The notes under the pieces are model-generated. The model did not search any database. It was given only the letters and a program-made list of their open reading frames with translations, and was not told the DNA's origin. From positions 96,001 to 160,000 of the IMG/VR virus record IMGVR_UViG_3300045988_146774: a stretch of 64,000 nucleotides of DNA. One strand, given 5' to 3'. Positions 8,221 through 17,610 of the stretch are shown here, piece after piece. Position numbers and translations under genes: made by a program. Position 1 is the stretch's first letter; every line of letters starts with the position of its first letter. This DNA is from a virus.

Positions 8221-10479
8221 TTATTCCTCATATTCCGTATCATCTAAATGATATACTCTGTCATGAATATCCCCATATCTTCCTTGATTTCCGCCATTTT
8301 TTGCAGTGCCGATGTATCCACAAACTCTAAATGCAATATCCATTGTTGTGTTATCTGTATTGCCACAATTCGGGCACTTCCATTTAAGAAGACCGTCTTC
8401 ATCCTCAACCAATGGAATGTCTCCATCGAATCCGCATTTTTCACAATAACAATTTTTTGTATTAATCTCTGCATACATAATATTATTATAAATAAATTTA
8501 ATCACTTCTAAAATTGCCGGAATATTATGCGTCATACTTGGAATCTCTATATATGAAATTGCTCCGCCAGGACTTAACTTCTGGAATTTTGATTCGATTC
8601 TAAGTTTCTCAAAAGCAGTAATTGGTTCAAAGACTGGAATATGATAAGAATTTGTTATATAATTTCTATCCTTGCCATCAATTTTTACAAACACATCTTT
8701 TCCGAATCTATTCTTTAAACTTTTGGCAAATTTATAAGTTGTCGATTCTAATGGTGTCCCATAAATGCTATAATCAATGTTCTCTTCTTCTTTCCATTGA
8801 TTACACTTGTCATTTAGGGCTTGCATAATTTTTAAACCAAATTCTTCTCCTACGCCTTCATCAGAATGAGAATGACCTGTCATAAATTTTACACACTCAT
8901 ATAATCCTGCATATCCAAGTGAAATGGTAGAATATCCATCATAAAGAAGACGACTAATTTTTTCATGTTTTTTCAAACGTGCTAATGCACCATATTGCCA
9001 AAGAATTGGAGCTACATCCGAAGAAGTTCCAAGTAAGCGGTTGTGTCTAGATTTTAATGCTTTATGGCATAACTCAGCTCGTTCGTCAAAAATCTCCCAA
9101 AATTTATTAATATCACCGTCCGAAGATAAAGCAATGTCGGGTAAGGAAATTGTTACAACCCCCTGATTGAAACGTCCATAATATTTATGTTTTGTTTTAT
9201 CAAAGTTTTTTGCATTAGAAATATTGCCAACTTTATCAGAGAACCTATCTACTGTAAGAAAAGATCTGCATCCCATACAAGTGAATACATCGCCTTTTAA
9301 TTCAAGCATAACCTTTTCAGAAATATAATCTGGTACAAGACGTTTTGAAGTGCACTCCGCTGCAAGTTTTGTTAAATACCAATATTTAGATTCTTCTGTA
9401 ATATTATCTTCTTCTAAAACATAAATGAGTTTTGGGAAAGCAGGAGCAATATAAACTCCATCTTCATTTTTAACACCAATCATTCTTTGACGAAGCATTT
9501 CTTCAATTAATAACGCTAAATCTGCTTTTTCTTGTTCGTTTTTTGCCTCGTTTAAATACATGAAAATTGTAATAAATGGGGCTTGTCCATTGGTTGTCAT
9601 TAGTGTGACTAATTGATATTGAATAGTTTGAATACCTTTTTCGATTTCTGAAGTAAGTCGTTCTTTTGTAATCTTATCAATAACATTGTTTAATTCTTCA
9701 CCCTCTAAAAGTGTATCAGCAATATCGCATAATTCATGTTCGACTTCATCACGAATTTTTTTTCTTGAGACATCTACGAATGGTGCTAAATGAGCTAATG
9801 ATATGCTTTGCCCCCCATATTGACTACTTGCAACTTGTGCAATAATTTGAGTCGTAACAGTACAAGCTGTAGATAAACTGTGCGGTTTTTCAATTAATGT
9901 TTCAGAAATAACCGTTCCATTCTGAAGCATATCTTCTAGATTAATTAAATCACAGTTATGTTCTTTCTGCATAAAGTAATCCGCATCATGGAAATGAATA
10001 ATGCCTTCATCATGAGCCTGAACAATCTCTGGTGGAAGAAGATACCTTCTTACAGCATCCGTACTTACAATCCCAGCCATATAATCACGTACAGTTGTAT
10101 TTAAAATTGGATTTTTATTAGCATTTTCATGCATCAAATAATCGTTATTGCCATTGACAAGATCAATTACATCATCGTCTGTTGTATTATTGCTTTCTCT
10201 CTGAAACTCTCTGGTACTTCTATAACCTTCGTAAGCCCTTGCTGTAAGACGTTGCTTTTTTGTAATCAGCTTATCGAATACCATTAATTCAATATCTGAA
10301 ATATCAACGCTTTCTTTTCCTTTGCATTCTTCGTGAATTTCTTTTGCAATGCTTTCTGCAATTTTAGGTTTAATAATTCCAGAACCGTTTTCCATAGCCT
10401 TCATGATTGCATTATAAATTTTTGATTCATCGAATGCTTGCTCGCTACAATCTCTTTTAACTACTAAAAGTTCGCTCAA
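8221..10479 (-). CDS. nrdD: anaerobic ribonucleoside-triphosphate reductase (class III)
   Basis: N-terminal ATP-cone (VVKRDCSEQAFDESKI), C-terminal Zn ribbon (CEKCGF...CPNCG) and glycyl-radical motif RVCGYIG. Confidence 0.95.
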   Translation of the reverse strand: MSELLVVKRDCSEQAFDESKIYNAIMKAMENGSGIIKPKIAESIAKEIHEECKGKESVDISDIELMVFDKLITKKQRLTARAYEGYRSTREFQRESNNTTDDDVIDLVNGNNDYLMHENANKNPILNTTVRDYMAGIVSTDAVRRYLLPPEIVQAHDEGIIHFHDADYFMQKEHNCDLINLEDMLQNGTVISETLIEKPHSLSTACTVTTQIIAQVASSQYGGQSISLAHLAPFVDVSRKKIRDEVEHELCDIADTLLEGEELNNVIDKITKERLTSEIEKGIQTIQYQLVTLMTTNGQAPFITIFMYLNEAKNEQEKADLALLIEEMLRQRMIGVKNEDGVYIAPAFPKLIYVLEEDNITEESKYWYLTKLAAECTSKRLVPDYISEKVMLELKGDVFTCMGCRSFLTVDRFSDKVGNISNAKNFDKTKHKYYGRFNQGVVTISLPDIALSSDGDINKFWEIFDERAELCHKALKSRHNRLLGTSSDVAPILWQYGALARLKKHEKISRLLYDGYSTISLGYAGLYECVKFMTGHSHSDEGVGEEFGLKIMQALNDKCNQWKEEENIDYSIYGTPLESTTYKFAKSLKNRFGKDVFVKIDGKDRNYITNSYHIPVFEPITAFEKLRIESKFQKLSPGGAISYIEIPSMTHNIPAILEVIKFIYNNIMYAEINTKNCYCEKCGFDGDIPLVEDEDGLLKWKCPNCGNTDNTTMDIAFRVCGYIGTAKNGGNQGRYGDIHDRVYHLDDTEYEE

Positions 10480-10482
10480 TCT

Positions 10483-10635
10483 CTATTCCTCCTGTTTCTT
10501 TTCATTCTTTTCTTTTAAATATTTCTCCCAAAGTTCACCTGACTTCTCATCAGATTTTTTTGCAGTATCCATTAATGCATACATAAACATAACTACGCAC
10601 ATAAGAATAACTACACAAAAGATTCCAAATTTCAT
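10483..10635 (-). CDS. small membrane protein (50 aa, below the track cutoff)
   Basis: ATG at 10635 preceded by GGAAGTGAGAAGG. MKFGIFCVVILMCVVMFMYAL is a TM helix, followed by a charged tail. Fills the nrdD-upstream gap. Confidence 0.5.
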   Translation of the reverse strand: MKFGIFCVVILMCVVMFMYALMDTAKKSDEKSGELWEKYLKEKNEKKQEE

Positions 10636-10647
10636 CCTTCTCACTTC

Positions 10648-10845
10648 CTATCTTTTTATATTGCCATCTCCACCATCTTTGCAAATGAGCTTGATATGAG
10701 TGGATAAAGCATCAAAGTAATTTGGCACACGTCTGATTGTGTCAATTACATATTCTCTTCCATTCACTTCAACTGTAATGAATTCATCGTCAAACTTTTT
10801 CAATTCACGTTGAAGTAATCCACATGATGCGACTATATTTATCAC
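10648..10845 (-). CDS. hypothetical protein
   Basis: 65-aa co-oriented ORF. Confidence 0.45.
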   Translation of the reverse strand: MINIVASCGLLQRELKKFDDEFITVEVNGREYVIDTIRRVPNYFDALSTHIKLICKDGGDGNIKR

Positions 10846-10853
10846 CTCTTTTC

Positions 10854-11273
10854 TTAAAAGTATCCTGCAACATGCATCATTACTTTTGTTAATGCGTCTT
10901 TGCCGGTTTCAACCCTGTCAATTTGTTCTATTTTTTGATCATCAATATTTGAATTACTATCTGAAAATGCAATTACAGGAACATTGTTTAAATATGCATA
11001 TAAAATATCATCACTTGTTTCTATATCAATATTGTTTAGATTTACAAGCAAAACATCGGATTGTTTGATTGCCCGAAATCTATACCTCATAACTTCTTTG
11101 TAAGTGTATTGGTTGTCTGAATGATTGCTATAATAAATAACTGGATCAAAAATATTGAATCGATCTTCATAATATAATCCAAACCATTTCTTCACAGTTT
11201 TTCTCCATTTATATGGCATCATGTCATCTTTGTCAGAACCTAAAGCACCAGACAAATAAATTCGTTTCTTCAT
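10854..11273 (-). CDS. nucleoside 2-deoxyribosyltransferase-like protein
   Basis: N-terminal IYLSGAL and IDIETSDDILYAYLNNVPVIAF resemble the Ndt/Nuc_deoxyrib_tr fold motifs. Weak, by eye. Confidence 0.4.
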   Translation of the reverse strand: MKKRIYLSGALGSDKDDMMPYKWRKTVKKWFGLYYEDRFNIFDPVIYYSNHSDNQYTYKEVMRYRFRAIKQSDVLLVNLNNIDIETSDDILYAYLNNVPVIAFSDSNSNIDDQKIEQIDRVETGKDALTKVMMHVAGYF

Positions 11274-11277
11274 TCTT

Positions 11278-11841
11278 TTAGCCCTCTGTTTTATGCGCTT
11301 CTTTAAGATAAGAAATAATTTTGTCTACAACTTCCGGAATCGTATTTCTGTCATTGTTATAAACAATGTGATCAACTTTATCTTCCAGACCTTTGAAATC
11401 TGCTAAGTCTGCTTCAATACGTCTTGCAGCTTCTTCTTTCTTATCTCCACGCTTTTTTAATCTGTTTTTAATTGTTTTGATATTGGAATAAATATAGAAG
11501 GAAGTTATATCTTCCTTGTTAAGATTTTTTAAGATTTGCTCATATCCGCTAGGGTTTAGAATAATAATTGAGTCTGAATTGCTTTCATAATCATCAATTG
11601 CAGAACCGTAAAGCCATGTACCTTCTTTAGTATCATACGATGTATATTCTGCGAAAAAACCCTTTGGTATGAGTGTTTCGAATTCTTCTTTAGTTATAAA
11701 ATGATATGTCTCATCTTGGACTTCGCCTGGTCGCATAGGTCTTGTAGTATATGTAACCAACTTTTTATATCCTTTTTGAATTAGTTGGTTACATACTGTG
11801 TCTTTACCAGAGGAAGTTTTACCTAGTAATACTACGATCAT
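11278..11841 (-). CDS. guanylate kinase-like nucleoside monophosphate kinase
   Basis: P-loop LLGKTSSGKDT plus YTTRPMRPGEVQDETYHFITKEEFE (the GK signature TTRPxRxGE..G..Y.F). Confidence 0.8.
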   Translation of the reverse strand: MIVVLLGKTSSGKDTVCNQLIQKGYKKLVTYTTRPMRPGEVQDETYHFITKEEFETLIPKGFFAEYTSYDTKEGTWLYGSAIDDYESNSDSIIILNPSGYEQILKNLNKEDITSFYIYSNIKTIKNRLKKRGDKKEEAARRIEADLADFKGLEDKVDHIVYNNDRNTIPEVVDKIISYLKEAHKTEG

Positions 11842-12141
11842 CTATTCTCCTTCGTTTTCTCTGACATCTACAATAATATTTTGCTGACCATCTTTTCCTG
11901 TGATATTAACAATGCCATAACACTCAAAATCAACATTGCCATCTTTATCAATAATTACAACATGAGCTGGTTCATTAAAATCATTATTAATTACAAGATT
12001 CTGTACTTCTATAGATTCTTTCTTTTTGCGATTCGTCTCTACGCTAGGTTCTTTCGCACATCCAACGAGTAAATAAGCGATTAAACCAATAATCACACAT
12101 AATACTACGGTGAATAGAGAAGCCCATGCGAAATCCTTCAT
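11842..12141 (-). CDS. putative lipoprotein
   Basis: From the ATG at 12141 the N-terminus is MKDFAWASLFTVVLCVIIGLIAYLLVGC (signal peptide plus lipobox LVGC). The track ORF extends to 12219 without an SD. Confidence 0.5.
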   Translation of the reverse strand: MKDFAWASLFTVVLCVIIGLIAYLLVGCAKEPSVETNRKKKESIEVQNLVINNDFNEPAHVVIIDKDGNVDFECYGIVNITGKDGQQNIIVDVRENEGE

Positions 12142-12178
12142 CTTTTCGATAAAACCCTTGTTTTCTTCTTCAAACATG

Positions 12179-12433
12179 CTATTGTACCCCCACAAACCAC
12201 TTTGAAATGCGTCTTTCATACGAATTTAACGAATTTTCGACCCTCGAAAAAGCCCGCAAAATAGCGGTTTTTTGAAAACACGATAAAATGCCCATGATTG
12301 ACTTTCCGTCAACAATATATCTTCCGACGCAATAATCAATATTTATGTCAGAAAACGTGTTTGAAATGTCTGCAAACTCTTTAATATCGTCTAAAGTCGG
12401 TAATTTGATATTATATTCTCTAATTTGAATCAC
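12179..12433 (-). CDS. HPr-like domain protein (no phosphorylatable His region seen)
   Basis: INIDYCVGRYIVDGKSIMGILS matches the HPr core (..KSIMG..S). GTG start abuts the SD, so the start is uncertain. Confidence 0.4.
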   Translation of the reverse strand: MIQIREYNIKLPTLDDIKEFADISNTFSDINIDYCVGRYIVDGKSIMGILSCFQKTAILRAFSRVENSLNSYERRISKWFVGVQ

Positions 12434-14396
12434 CTCCTAAATATTTTTCAATGAAATCATCTTCAGACAAGATTGGCACTCCTAAATTTTTTGCTTTTTT
12501 ATTTTTGGATGACGTTGATTCCGCATCGTTATTAATAAGTGCCGTCGTTTTTGAGCTGACTGATCCAGCAACCTTACCTCCAAGAGATTCGATTTTCTCC
12601 TTTAGAGCATCACGGTTTTTAAATTTATTTAGTGAGCCAGTGATTACAAATGACATTCCGGATAGGCTTGTACCATTCTTCTTGTTGTTCTGCACATTAA
12701 ACTTAAATTCCTGAGACAATTCCCACATTTCCTCATAATGTTTTTCGAAATAATCATCCAAAGATTTTACAAGTGAATCGTCAATACCAGAGATTCTTTT
12801 GAAATATCTTGCATGATTTACAAGCATAATCTGAATAAACTTACCAATCATTCCGTCACATTCATTAGATATTGCCTTACTTGCTGCCTTACCAACCATA
12901 GGAATAGAAAGGCTGCATAAAAATCTATCAAATGTTGTGTGTCTACTATCTTCAATTGATTTCATGAGCTTATTTACTGATTTCGTTCCGAATCCTTCAA
13001 GAACTGACATCTTTGATTTAAAATCACTAAGATGATAGATATCTTTGATTGAGCTTAACCAACCAAGATTAATGAATTTCTGAATTGTTGCTTTTGATAA
13101 CCCATCGAGATCAAGAGCATTTTTGCTAACCGCATGTGTAAGTTTCCCAAGAAGTTTGCCCTTACAATCTAGATTAGTACAGATAAGAACCTCTGAGTCA
13201 TTCTCTTTTACTATTTTTGTTTCTCCTCCACAAACAGGGCATTTGTCCGGAATGGTAAAATTGCCAGACTTATCAATGCTGTCATGAACTTTTGGAATGA
13301 CCATATTTGATCTGTAGATTCTAATTCTATCGCCAATTCCTAACATCATATCCTTAATGTATGTAATATTATGAAGTGTGGCTCTTGTTGTAATAGCCCC
13401 AGACAAATTCACTGGATCAAAAATCGCAACTGGGTTAATAAGTCCTGTCTTAGAAGTATTCCATTCAATATCTCTAAGGGTTGTCTCAAATAATTCATCT
13501 TCATATTTATATGCTATGGAATGACGGAAGAATGTTTCTGTGCGCCCCATAGACTCTGCAATTTTGTAATCATCGGTAGCCATTACTGCACCATCATAAG
13601 GAATATTGTATTTATCAGCTGCTTCTCTTAAGCTTTCCAACATGTCTGGTAAATTCTCTCTGTCTTCAGAAGAGTTAGAATATGTATACATTGGAACTAT
13701 TTCAAATCCAAGTTCCTCTGCCCTTTTTAAATCTTTAAATACAGATTTATGTTCGAATCCTTTGATCACTCTCCATGCAATGAATCGCATATTCCTCTCA
13801 GCAGCTTCTGCGCTATCGAATAGCTGAAGCGAACCAGACACAAGATTTCTAGGATGCTTGTATTTTTTATCTTCTGGAAGAGGTTCGTTAATTTTTCTGA
13901 AAGAATCCCACCCAATAATTGTCTCTCCATCAATAATTAATTCATCTGTATAAGGAATAGTATGTGGAATATTCTTGATTGTAAGCACGTTTTGGAGGAC
14001 ATTAACACCTCGTACACCATCCCCCCTAGTTTCTGCACCGGTTAATTTACCATTAGAATAGTATAGAGAAGTGGTTAATCCATCACATTTTACAGATAAA
14101 AAACAATTTCTATTTCCTGCGAAATCTCTAAGTTCATCTATACTCTTTGTTTTGTCCAACGAAAGCATTGGGTGATTATGTACAACCTCTTCTAAATCTT
14201 CTGCTACAGTGTATCCAACATTTTGAGTTGGACTGTTATTGTAAATGATACCTGTTTGTTCTTCCAATGCTTTTAAGTCATCGTACATTTTATCCCATTC
14301 GTAATCAGAGATGACTGGTTCAGAATTGTAATATGCCTCAGAAGCTTTGTTAAGAGTATCAATTAAATAATTGATTCTTTTAATATCTTTTGTCAT
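12420..14396 (-). CDS. ligA: NAD+-dependent DNA ligase
   Basis: Adenylation motif SVKCDG, Zn finger CPVCGG...CTNLDCKGK, HhH region, C-terminal BRCT (FVITGSL...LGGKV). Confidence 0.95.
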   Translation of the reverse strand: MTKDIKRINYLIDTLNKASEAYYNSEPVISDYEWDKMYDDLKALEEQTGIIYNNSPTQNVGYTVAEDLEEVVHNHPMLSLDKTKSIDELRDFAGNRNCFLSVKCDGLTTSLYYSNGKLTGAETRGDGVRGVNVLQNVLTIKNIPHTIPYTDELIIDGETIIGWDSFRKINEPLPEDKKYKHPRNLVSGSLQLFDSAEAAERNMRFIAWRVIKGFEHKSVFKDLKRAEELGFEIVPMYTYSNSSEDRENLPDMLESLREAADKYNIPYDGAVMATDDYKIAESMGRTETFFRHSIAYKYEDELFETTLRDIEWNTSKTGLINPVAIFDPVNLSGAITTRATLHNITYIKDMMLGIGDRIRIYRSNMVIPKVHDSIDKSGNFTIPDKCPVCGGETKIVKENDSEVLICTNLDCKGKLLGKLTHAVSKNALDLDGLSKATIQKFINLGWLSSIKDIYHLSDFKSKMSVLEGFGTKSVNKLMKSIEDSRHTTFDRFLCSLSIPMVGKAASKAISNECDGMIGKFIQIMLVNHARYFKRISGIDDSLVKSLDDYFEKHYEEMWELSQEFKFNVQNNKKNGTSLSGMSFVITGSLNKFKNRDALKEKIESLGGKVAGSVSSKTTALINNDAESTSSKNKKAKNLGVPILSEDDFIEKYLGGDSN

Positions 14397-14597
14397 CTAC
14401 TTACTCCTTCCAACAAATTCATTTATATAGATTTTTAATTTTTCATCATCTTCGACAAAGAATGGATCTAATCCCTTGTTTCGAAGAAAACTGAAGAAGT
14501 TATCAAGGAACTGGCACACTCTCATGTCAGGATAATAGATAGAATGCATACATAACAGATGCATATATAATGGTGGTAATCTTTTAGGGTTTCTCAT
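14397..14597 (-). CDS. hypothetical protein
   Basis: 66-aa co-oriented ORF abutting ligA. Confidence 0.45.
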   Translation of the reverse strand: MRNPKRLPPLYMHLLCMHSIYYPDMRVCQFLDNFFSFLRNKGLDPFFVEDDEKLKIYINEFVGRSK

Positions 14598-14868
14598 AGA
14601 TTACACCTCCTTCTGATAATCTTTGTCCACATCGGTCACAATATCTTTGGAATGGAACGTTATGATCAACCACATAATCACATTTAGGACAATGGCGGAA
14701 ACCATTTTTAAATATTTTTCTCATTGGTTTTTCTCGTTCTTCTCTCTTTTTATATTCATCTATCTCTTCTTCTAATCTCCAACATTTATTGCGAAAATAA
14801 GAGAAGTCTCTATGCCATGCTTCATATTCTTCTACTTCACGACCGGTTAATACTAATTGTTTTTGCAT
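14584..14868 (-). CDS. zinc-ribbon protein
   Basis: CPKCDY...CDRCGQ. Overlaps both neighbours. Confidence 0.5.
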   Translation of the reverse strand: MQKQLVLTGREVEEYEAWHRDFSYFRNKCWRLEEEIDEYKKREEREKPMRKIFKNGFRHCPKCDYVVDHNVPFQRYCDRCGQRLSEGGVIYEKP

Positions 14869-15413
14869 ACTGTTCCTCTATATTCTGAAAGTTCCTCCTG
14901 AAATGCTTCTGTTTTTGAGTATCCACATGGGAACATTTCTGGACAAAAACCTCTATAAATACATTCTCTAACCATACAAGAAGCCAACTCTGGTTCTGTT
15001 TTTGCTACATCATCTTTTACTTCTTGCCATGCTTTACGTGTTTCAGGGCTTGCACAATTACATAATCTCTTTCTACTTATATTAATAAGAGCCTGAGCAT
15101 CAGCTTCACAAGCGTGATTTACTGGTGTTCCCTGTGGCGATTCATCTCTATTGACACCGGTTCTATCTGTTCTCTGAGTAGAAACCCAATGTTCAATTCC
15201 AATTTTATGTCTTACAAAATGAACACTTACCCAACTTTTTAAATCTTTCCATCTCCAATAAAACTTCATTCTTCTAATTGGTGAATGTTCAGATAAAATA
15301 AGTCTTCTTTTCCAGTCTGATGTGGGATACTTACCAGTTGTTTTACCAATTGTATTCATTGTAGAATCCTTAATATCCTGCCAATTGTCTTCGTGTTTAA
15401 AAATGTCTATCAA
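14853..15413 (-). CDS. thyX: FAD-dependent thymidylate synthase-like (short ThyX family)
   Basis: SEHSPIR and VRHKIGIEHWVSTQRTDR fit the ThyX RH[RK]-x7-S-x-R signature. 186 aa, which is shorter than cellular ThyX. Confidence 0.6.
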   Translation of the reverse strand: MIDIFKHEDNWQDIKDSTMNTIGKTTGKYPTSDWKRRLILSEHSPIRRMKFYWRWKDLKSWVSVHFVRHKIGIEHWVSTQRTDRTGVNRDESPQGTPVNHACEADAQALINISRKRLCNCASPETRKAWQEVKDDVAKTEPELASCMVRECIYRGFCPEMFPCGYSKTEAFQEELSEYRGTVCKNN

Positions 15414-15611
15414 TTAATCTTCCTCCGCAATAACTTTTTCTTTCACTATTTTTAATAATTTTGTCGCTAACGTTGTTACGCCATCAATGAAGTTTCCAAC
15501 TTCTTTACCGGATACGTTAGATTCAAAGCACCAATCTTCTACGTCCATCATGGTCTCAAAAGCCTTTTTGTAAATTACATTCTCATCAATCTCCATCTGA
15601 ATCCTCCTCAC
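15414..15611 (-). CDS. hypothetical protein
   Basis: 65-aa co-oriented ORF. Confidence 0.45.
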   Translation of the reverse strand: MRRIQMEIDENVIYKKAFETMMDVEDWCFESNVSGKEVGNFIDGVTTLATKLLKIVKEKVIAEED

Positions 15612-15807
15612 TTCCTAAAACTTTGTCATTTGTCCATACTGAAAATCTGCCAATCCAATTGCCTAGCTTATAACTTCCAATCATTGCTAGGATCGTTGTG
15701 GAACATTTATAATAATTTGCAATCCAAAATACAATCATAAGAAATAAAATTGCAAATGTAACAAACATCACCCAGTTTCTTTTCATCCATTTCCCTATAA
15801 GTTTCAT
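15586..15807 (-). CDS. small membrane protein
   Basis: Two hydrophobic helices (WVMFVTFAILFLMIVFWIANYY, TILAMIGSYKLGNWI). Confidence 0.45.
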   Translation of the reverse strand: MKLIGKWMKRNWVMFVTFAILFLMIVFWIANYYKCSTTILAMIGSYKLGNWIGRFSVWTNDKVLGSEEDSDGD

Positions 15808-16025
15808 CTTTTCTTTTCATCCTCCAACTGCGCTGCATATGCCGGTAAGCACATTCTCAATGCCTCATTGTCGATAAAGTCTGGTCTTCTGCAATTCAAA
15901 CTTACATAATTTAAAAAGCCAATTAAAAATGAACCTATGGTACAATCCGGTAGATGTTTTTTCTGAACCTCTAATAAATCATTATAAAACGATTCCATTT
16001 CTTCAAAATTCACTTCTGTTTTCAT
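15804..16025 (-). CDS. hypothetical protein
   Basis: 73-aa ORF with 4-nt overlaps on both sides. Confidence 0.5.
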   Translation of the reverse strand: MKTEVNFEEMESFYNDLLEVQKKHLPDCTIGSFLIGFLNYVSLNCRRPDFIDNEALRMCLPAYAAQLEDEKKR

Positions 16026-16264
16026 ACAAAATCCTCCTTGATAAATTCTTTCTTTACTTCTTCTATTCTCTGTTGGAAATAATCTATCTTCTTCTGTACG
16101 AGACTGTTATATAATTTGATGCATTCTTCTTCGGTATCTGCATATTCTCTTGCTTTTGGAAAAACTTTCTTTGATCTTGACGGAGTTCCATCTTTCTTCA
16201 TTGTTGTAAAATAGCATACCTTATCACCTGTTACATCGTTCCACCCGTCTGTCAGTATTCCCAA
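16022..16264 (-). CDS. hypothetical protein
   Basis: 80-aa ORF; the start codon is TTG in the track. Confidence 0.45.
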   Translation of the reverse strand: MGILTDGWNDVTGDKVCYFTTMKKDGTPSRSKKVFPKAREYADTEEECIKLYNSLVQKKIDYFQQRIEEVKKEFIKEDFV

Positions 16265-16353
16265 TATTGGTTTTATATTGCTCTTTACTATCTTTTTGTT
16301 ATCAAATTCATATGCACAAGCCCAGATTTTATCTCCAGGCTTAAAGTCTCTTG

Positions 16354-16566
16354 TTATCTCTCTGCTTGTATATGTTCCTTTTCAATTGTACTGGTGAATG
16401 ATAATGTTGTTTCACCTTTCTTTATATTTATATTCTCTACATTTCCAAGAATATCTCTTTCTTTAGTTGCTGAAGTCAGCGCAACTTCGTCTACATTATC
16501 TAGCGCAAGAACATTGTTACCATCATTATCTTGAAAGAACAGTGTTCCATTTTTCATTTCGTACAT
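16354..16566 (-). CDS. hypothetical protein
   Basis: ATG preceded by AAAGGAG. 70 aa. Confidence 0.5.
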   Translation of the reverse strand: MYEMKNGTLFFQDNDGNNVLALDNVDEVALTSATKERDILGNVENINIKKGETTLSFTSTIEKEHIQAER

Positions 16567-16903
16567 GCTATCTCCTTTTTAATGACTGACTCTCAATTAC
16601 AAGAGTCAGCCGTTGAAACCAAAATTTCATAATTAGAAGCACGTTCATTTCCGTACTTCATGAGAGCATTCTTGTTCCTCATATGTAGGATTGCGGTATG
16701 TTCTTGAGTATTATATTCTGAATGCACAGTGTCAACTCATACGCTCATCGGTTGACTGAAGTGTTACCAACAGCCTTCACCTTTACCTTTTCACCATCTC
16801 AGGCTTTCAGTTCTTTTCACCGCATTACCGATTCATTAGTTTGATCAAGACTAATGAATGAAAATTCAATTTCACAACTAGATGTTTGCAACCATCTAAT
16901 ATA
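16567..16903 (-). ncRNA. candidate structured non-coding RNA (class unknown)
   Basis: No credible ORF on either strand. Visibly more G+C than the flanks. Stems read in - strand orientation at + coordinates 16880-16897, 16832-16858 (9 bp), 16731-16756, 16660-16682, 16636-16659 (8 bp) and 16586-16609 (8 bp), plus nested ACTGAA/TTCAGT around AGCCT/AGGCT and long-range TGCGGT/ACCGCA. Confidence 0.4.
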
Positions 16904-17056
16904 TTATTCTCTTTGCAAATCACTATTGTCGTTATCGACAGGCTTAAATTCAAAAGGATCTTTTTGTCCTGCTTCAACAGTATTTACGCAAGATCCGGCA
17001 ATAAATCCACATAATACAAATCCTGCTGCAAATATAATTCCTTTAATTTTCTTCAT
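16904..17056 (-). CDS. small secreted peptide or lipoprotein (50 aa, below the track cutoff)
   Basis: ATG at 17056 preceded by GGAGA. MKKIKGIIFAAGFVLCGFIAGSC looks like a signal peptide. Confidence 0.45.
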   Translation of the reverse strand: MKKIKGIIFAAGFVLCGFIAGSCVNTVEAGQKDPFEFKPVDNDNSDLQRE

Positions 17057-17071
17057 AATTGTATCTCCATC

Positions 17072-17434
17072 TTAATTTATAACAGTTCCATTTTTATCAA
17101 AGCTTATTGATATGGATCCATCCATGTTCTTATATCTTGGGATATCTTCTGCCTTAATTACAATTTTCCTTGTTTTTACAAGACAATAATATGCAATAAA
17201 GAATTCATAATTAGATGAATTCGGAACTATTCTATATTCATCTTCTCCAGCTACTTGGATATCAAAGGGAACTTGCCTTCCAAGCTCTCCATCTCTGATT
17301 TCATATACTTGAATTGTATTTAATATGACATCATCTTTATGCAAATCAAAATAACGTCCTTTAAAGTAGTGTCTCATTAACAATCGTGTTATTTCTTTTG
17401 TATTTGTCATTTCTACCTCGTATTCTTCTTGCAA
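17072..17434 (-). CDS. hypothetical protein
   Basis: 120-aa co-oriented ORF. Confidence 0.55.
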   Translation of the reverse strand: MQEEYEVEMTNTKEITRLLMRHYFKGRYFDLHKDDVILNTIQVYEIRDGELGRQVPFDIQVAGEDEYRIVPNSSNYEFFIAYYCLVKTRKIVIKAEDIPRYKNMDGSISISFDKNGTVIN

Positions 17435-17610
17435 TATTTAATAATATTCTCTTTACATTTATCACAAATTCTTGCTTTGTAATTTCTTTGTACTATACAA
17501 GGGTCATCTCCACGGAATCCTAAGCCTTTCATGTCTGAAAAAACTATTGTAATACCATTGTACTTTGAAACTTCTTCTCTACAAATATCACAAACTTCAA
17601 CTACTGCCAT
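17413..17610 (-). CDS. zinc-ribbon protein
   Basis: CDICREE...CDKCKE. Confidence 0.5.
   Translation of the reverse strand: MAVVEVCDICREEVSKYNGITIVFSDMKGLGFRGDDPCIVQRNYKARICDKCKENIIKYCKKNTR

Noticed and set aside
8244-8474. Same-strand alternative-frame ORFs inside larger genes (8244-8474 in nrdD, 26696-26878 in dnaE, 33919-34101 in ssb, 62022-62204 in the ETNSSS paralogue).
   Set aside because: They are fully embedded in genes whose main frame carries the conserved motifs. There is no independent start signal.
16854-17075. 73-aa + strand ORF in the structured intergenic region.
   Set aside because: It overlaps the better-supported - strand 50-aa signal-peptide ORF (SD plus ATG). The remainder falls in the hairpin-rich non-coding region, and its composition looks non-coding.
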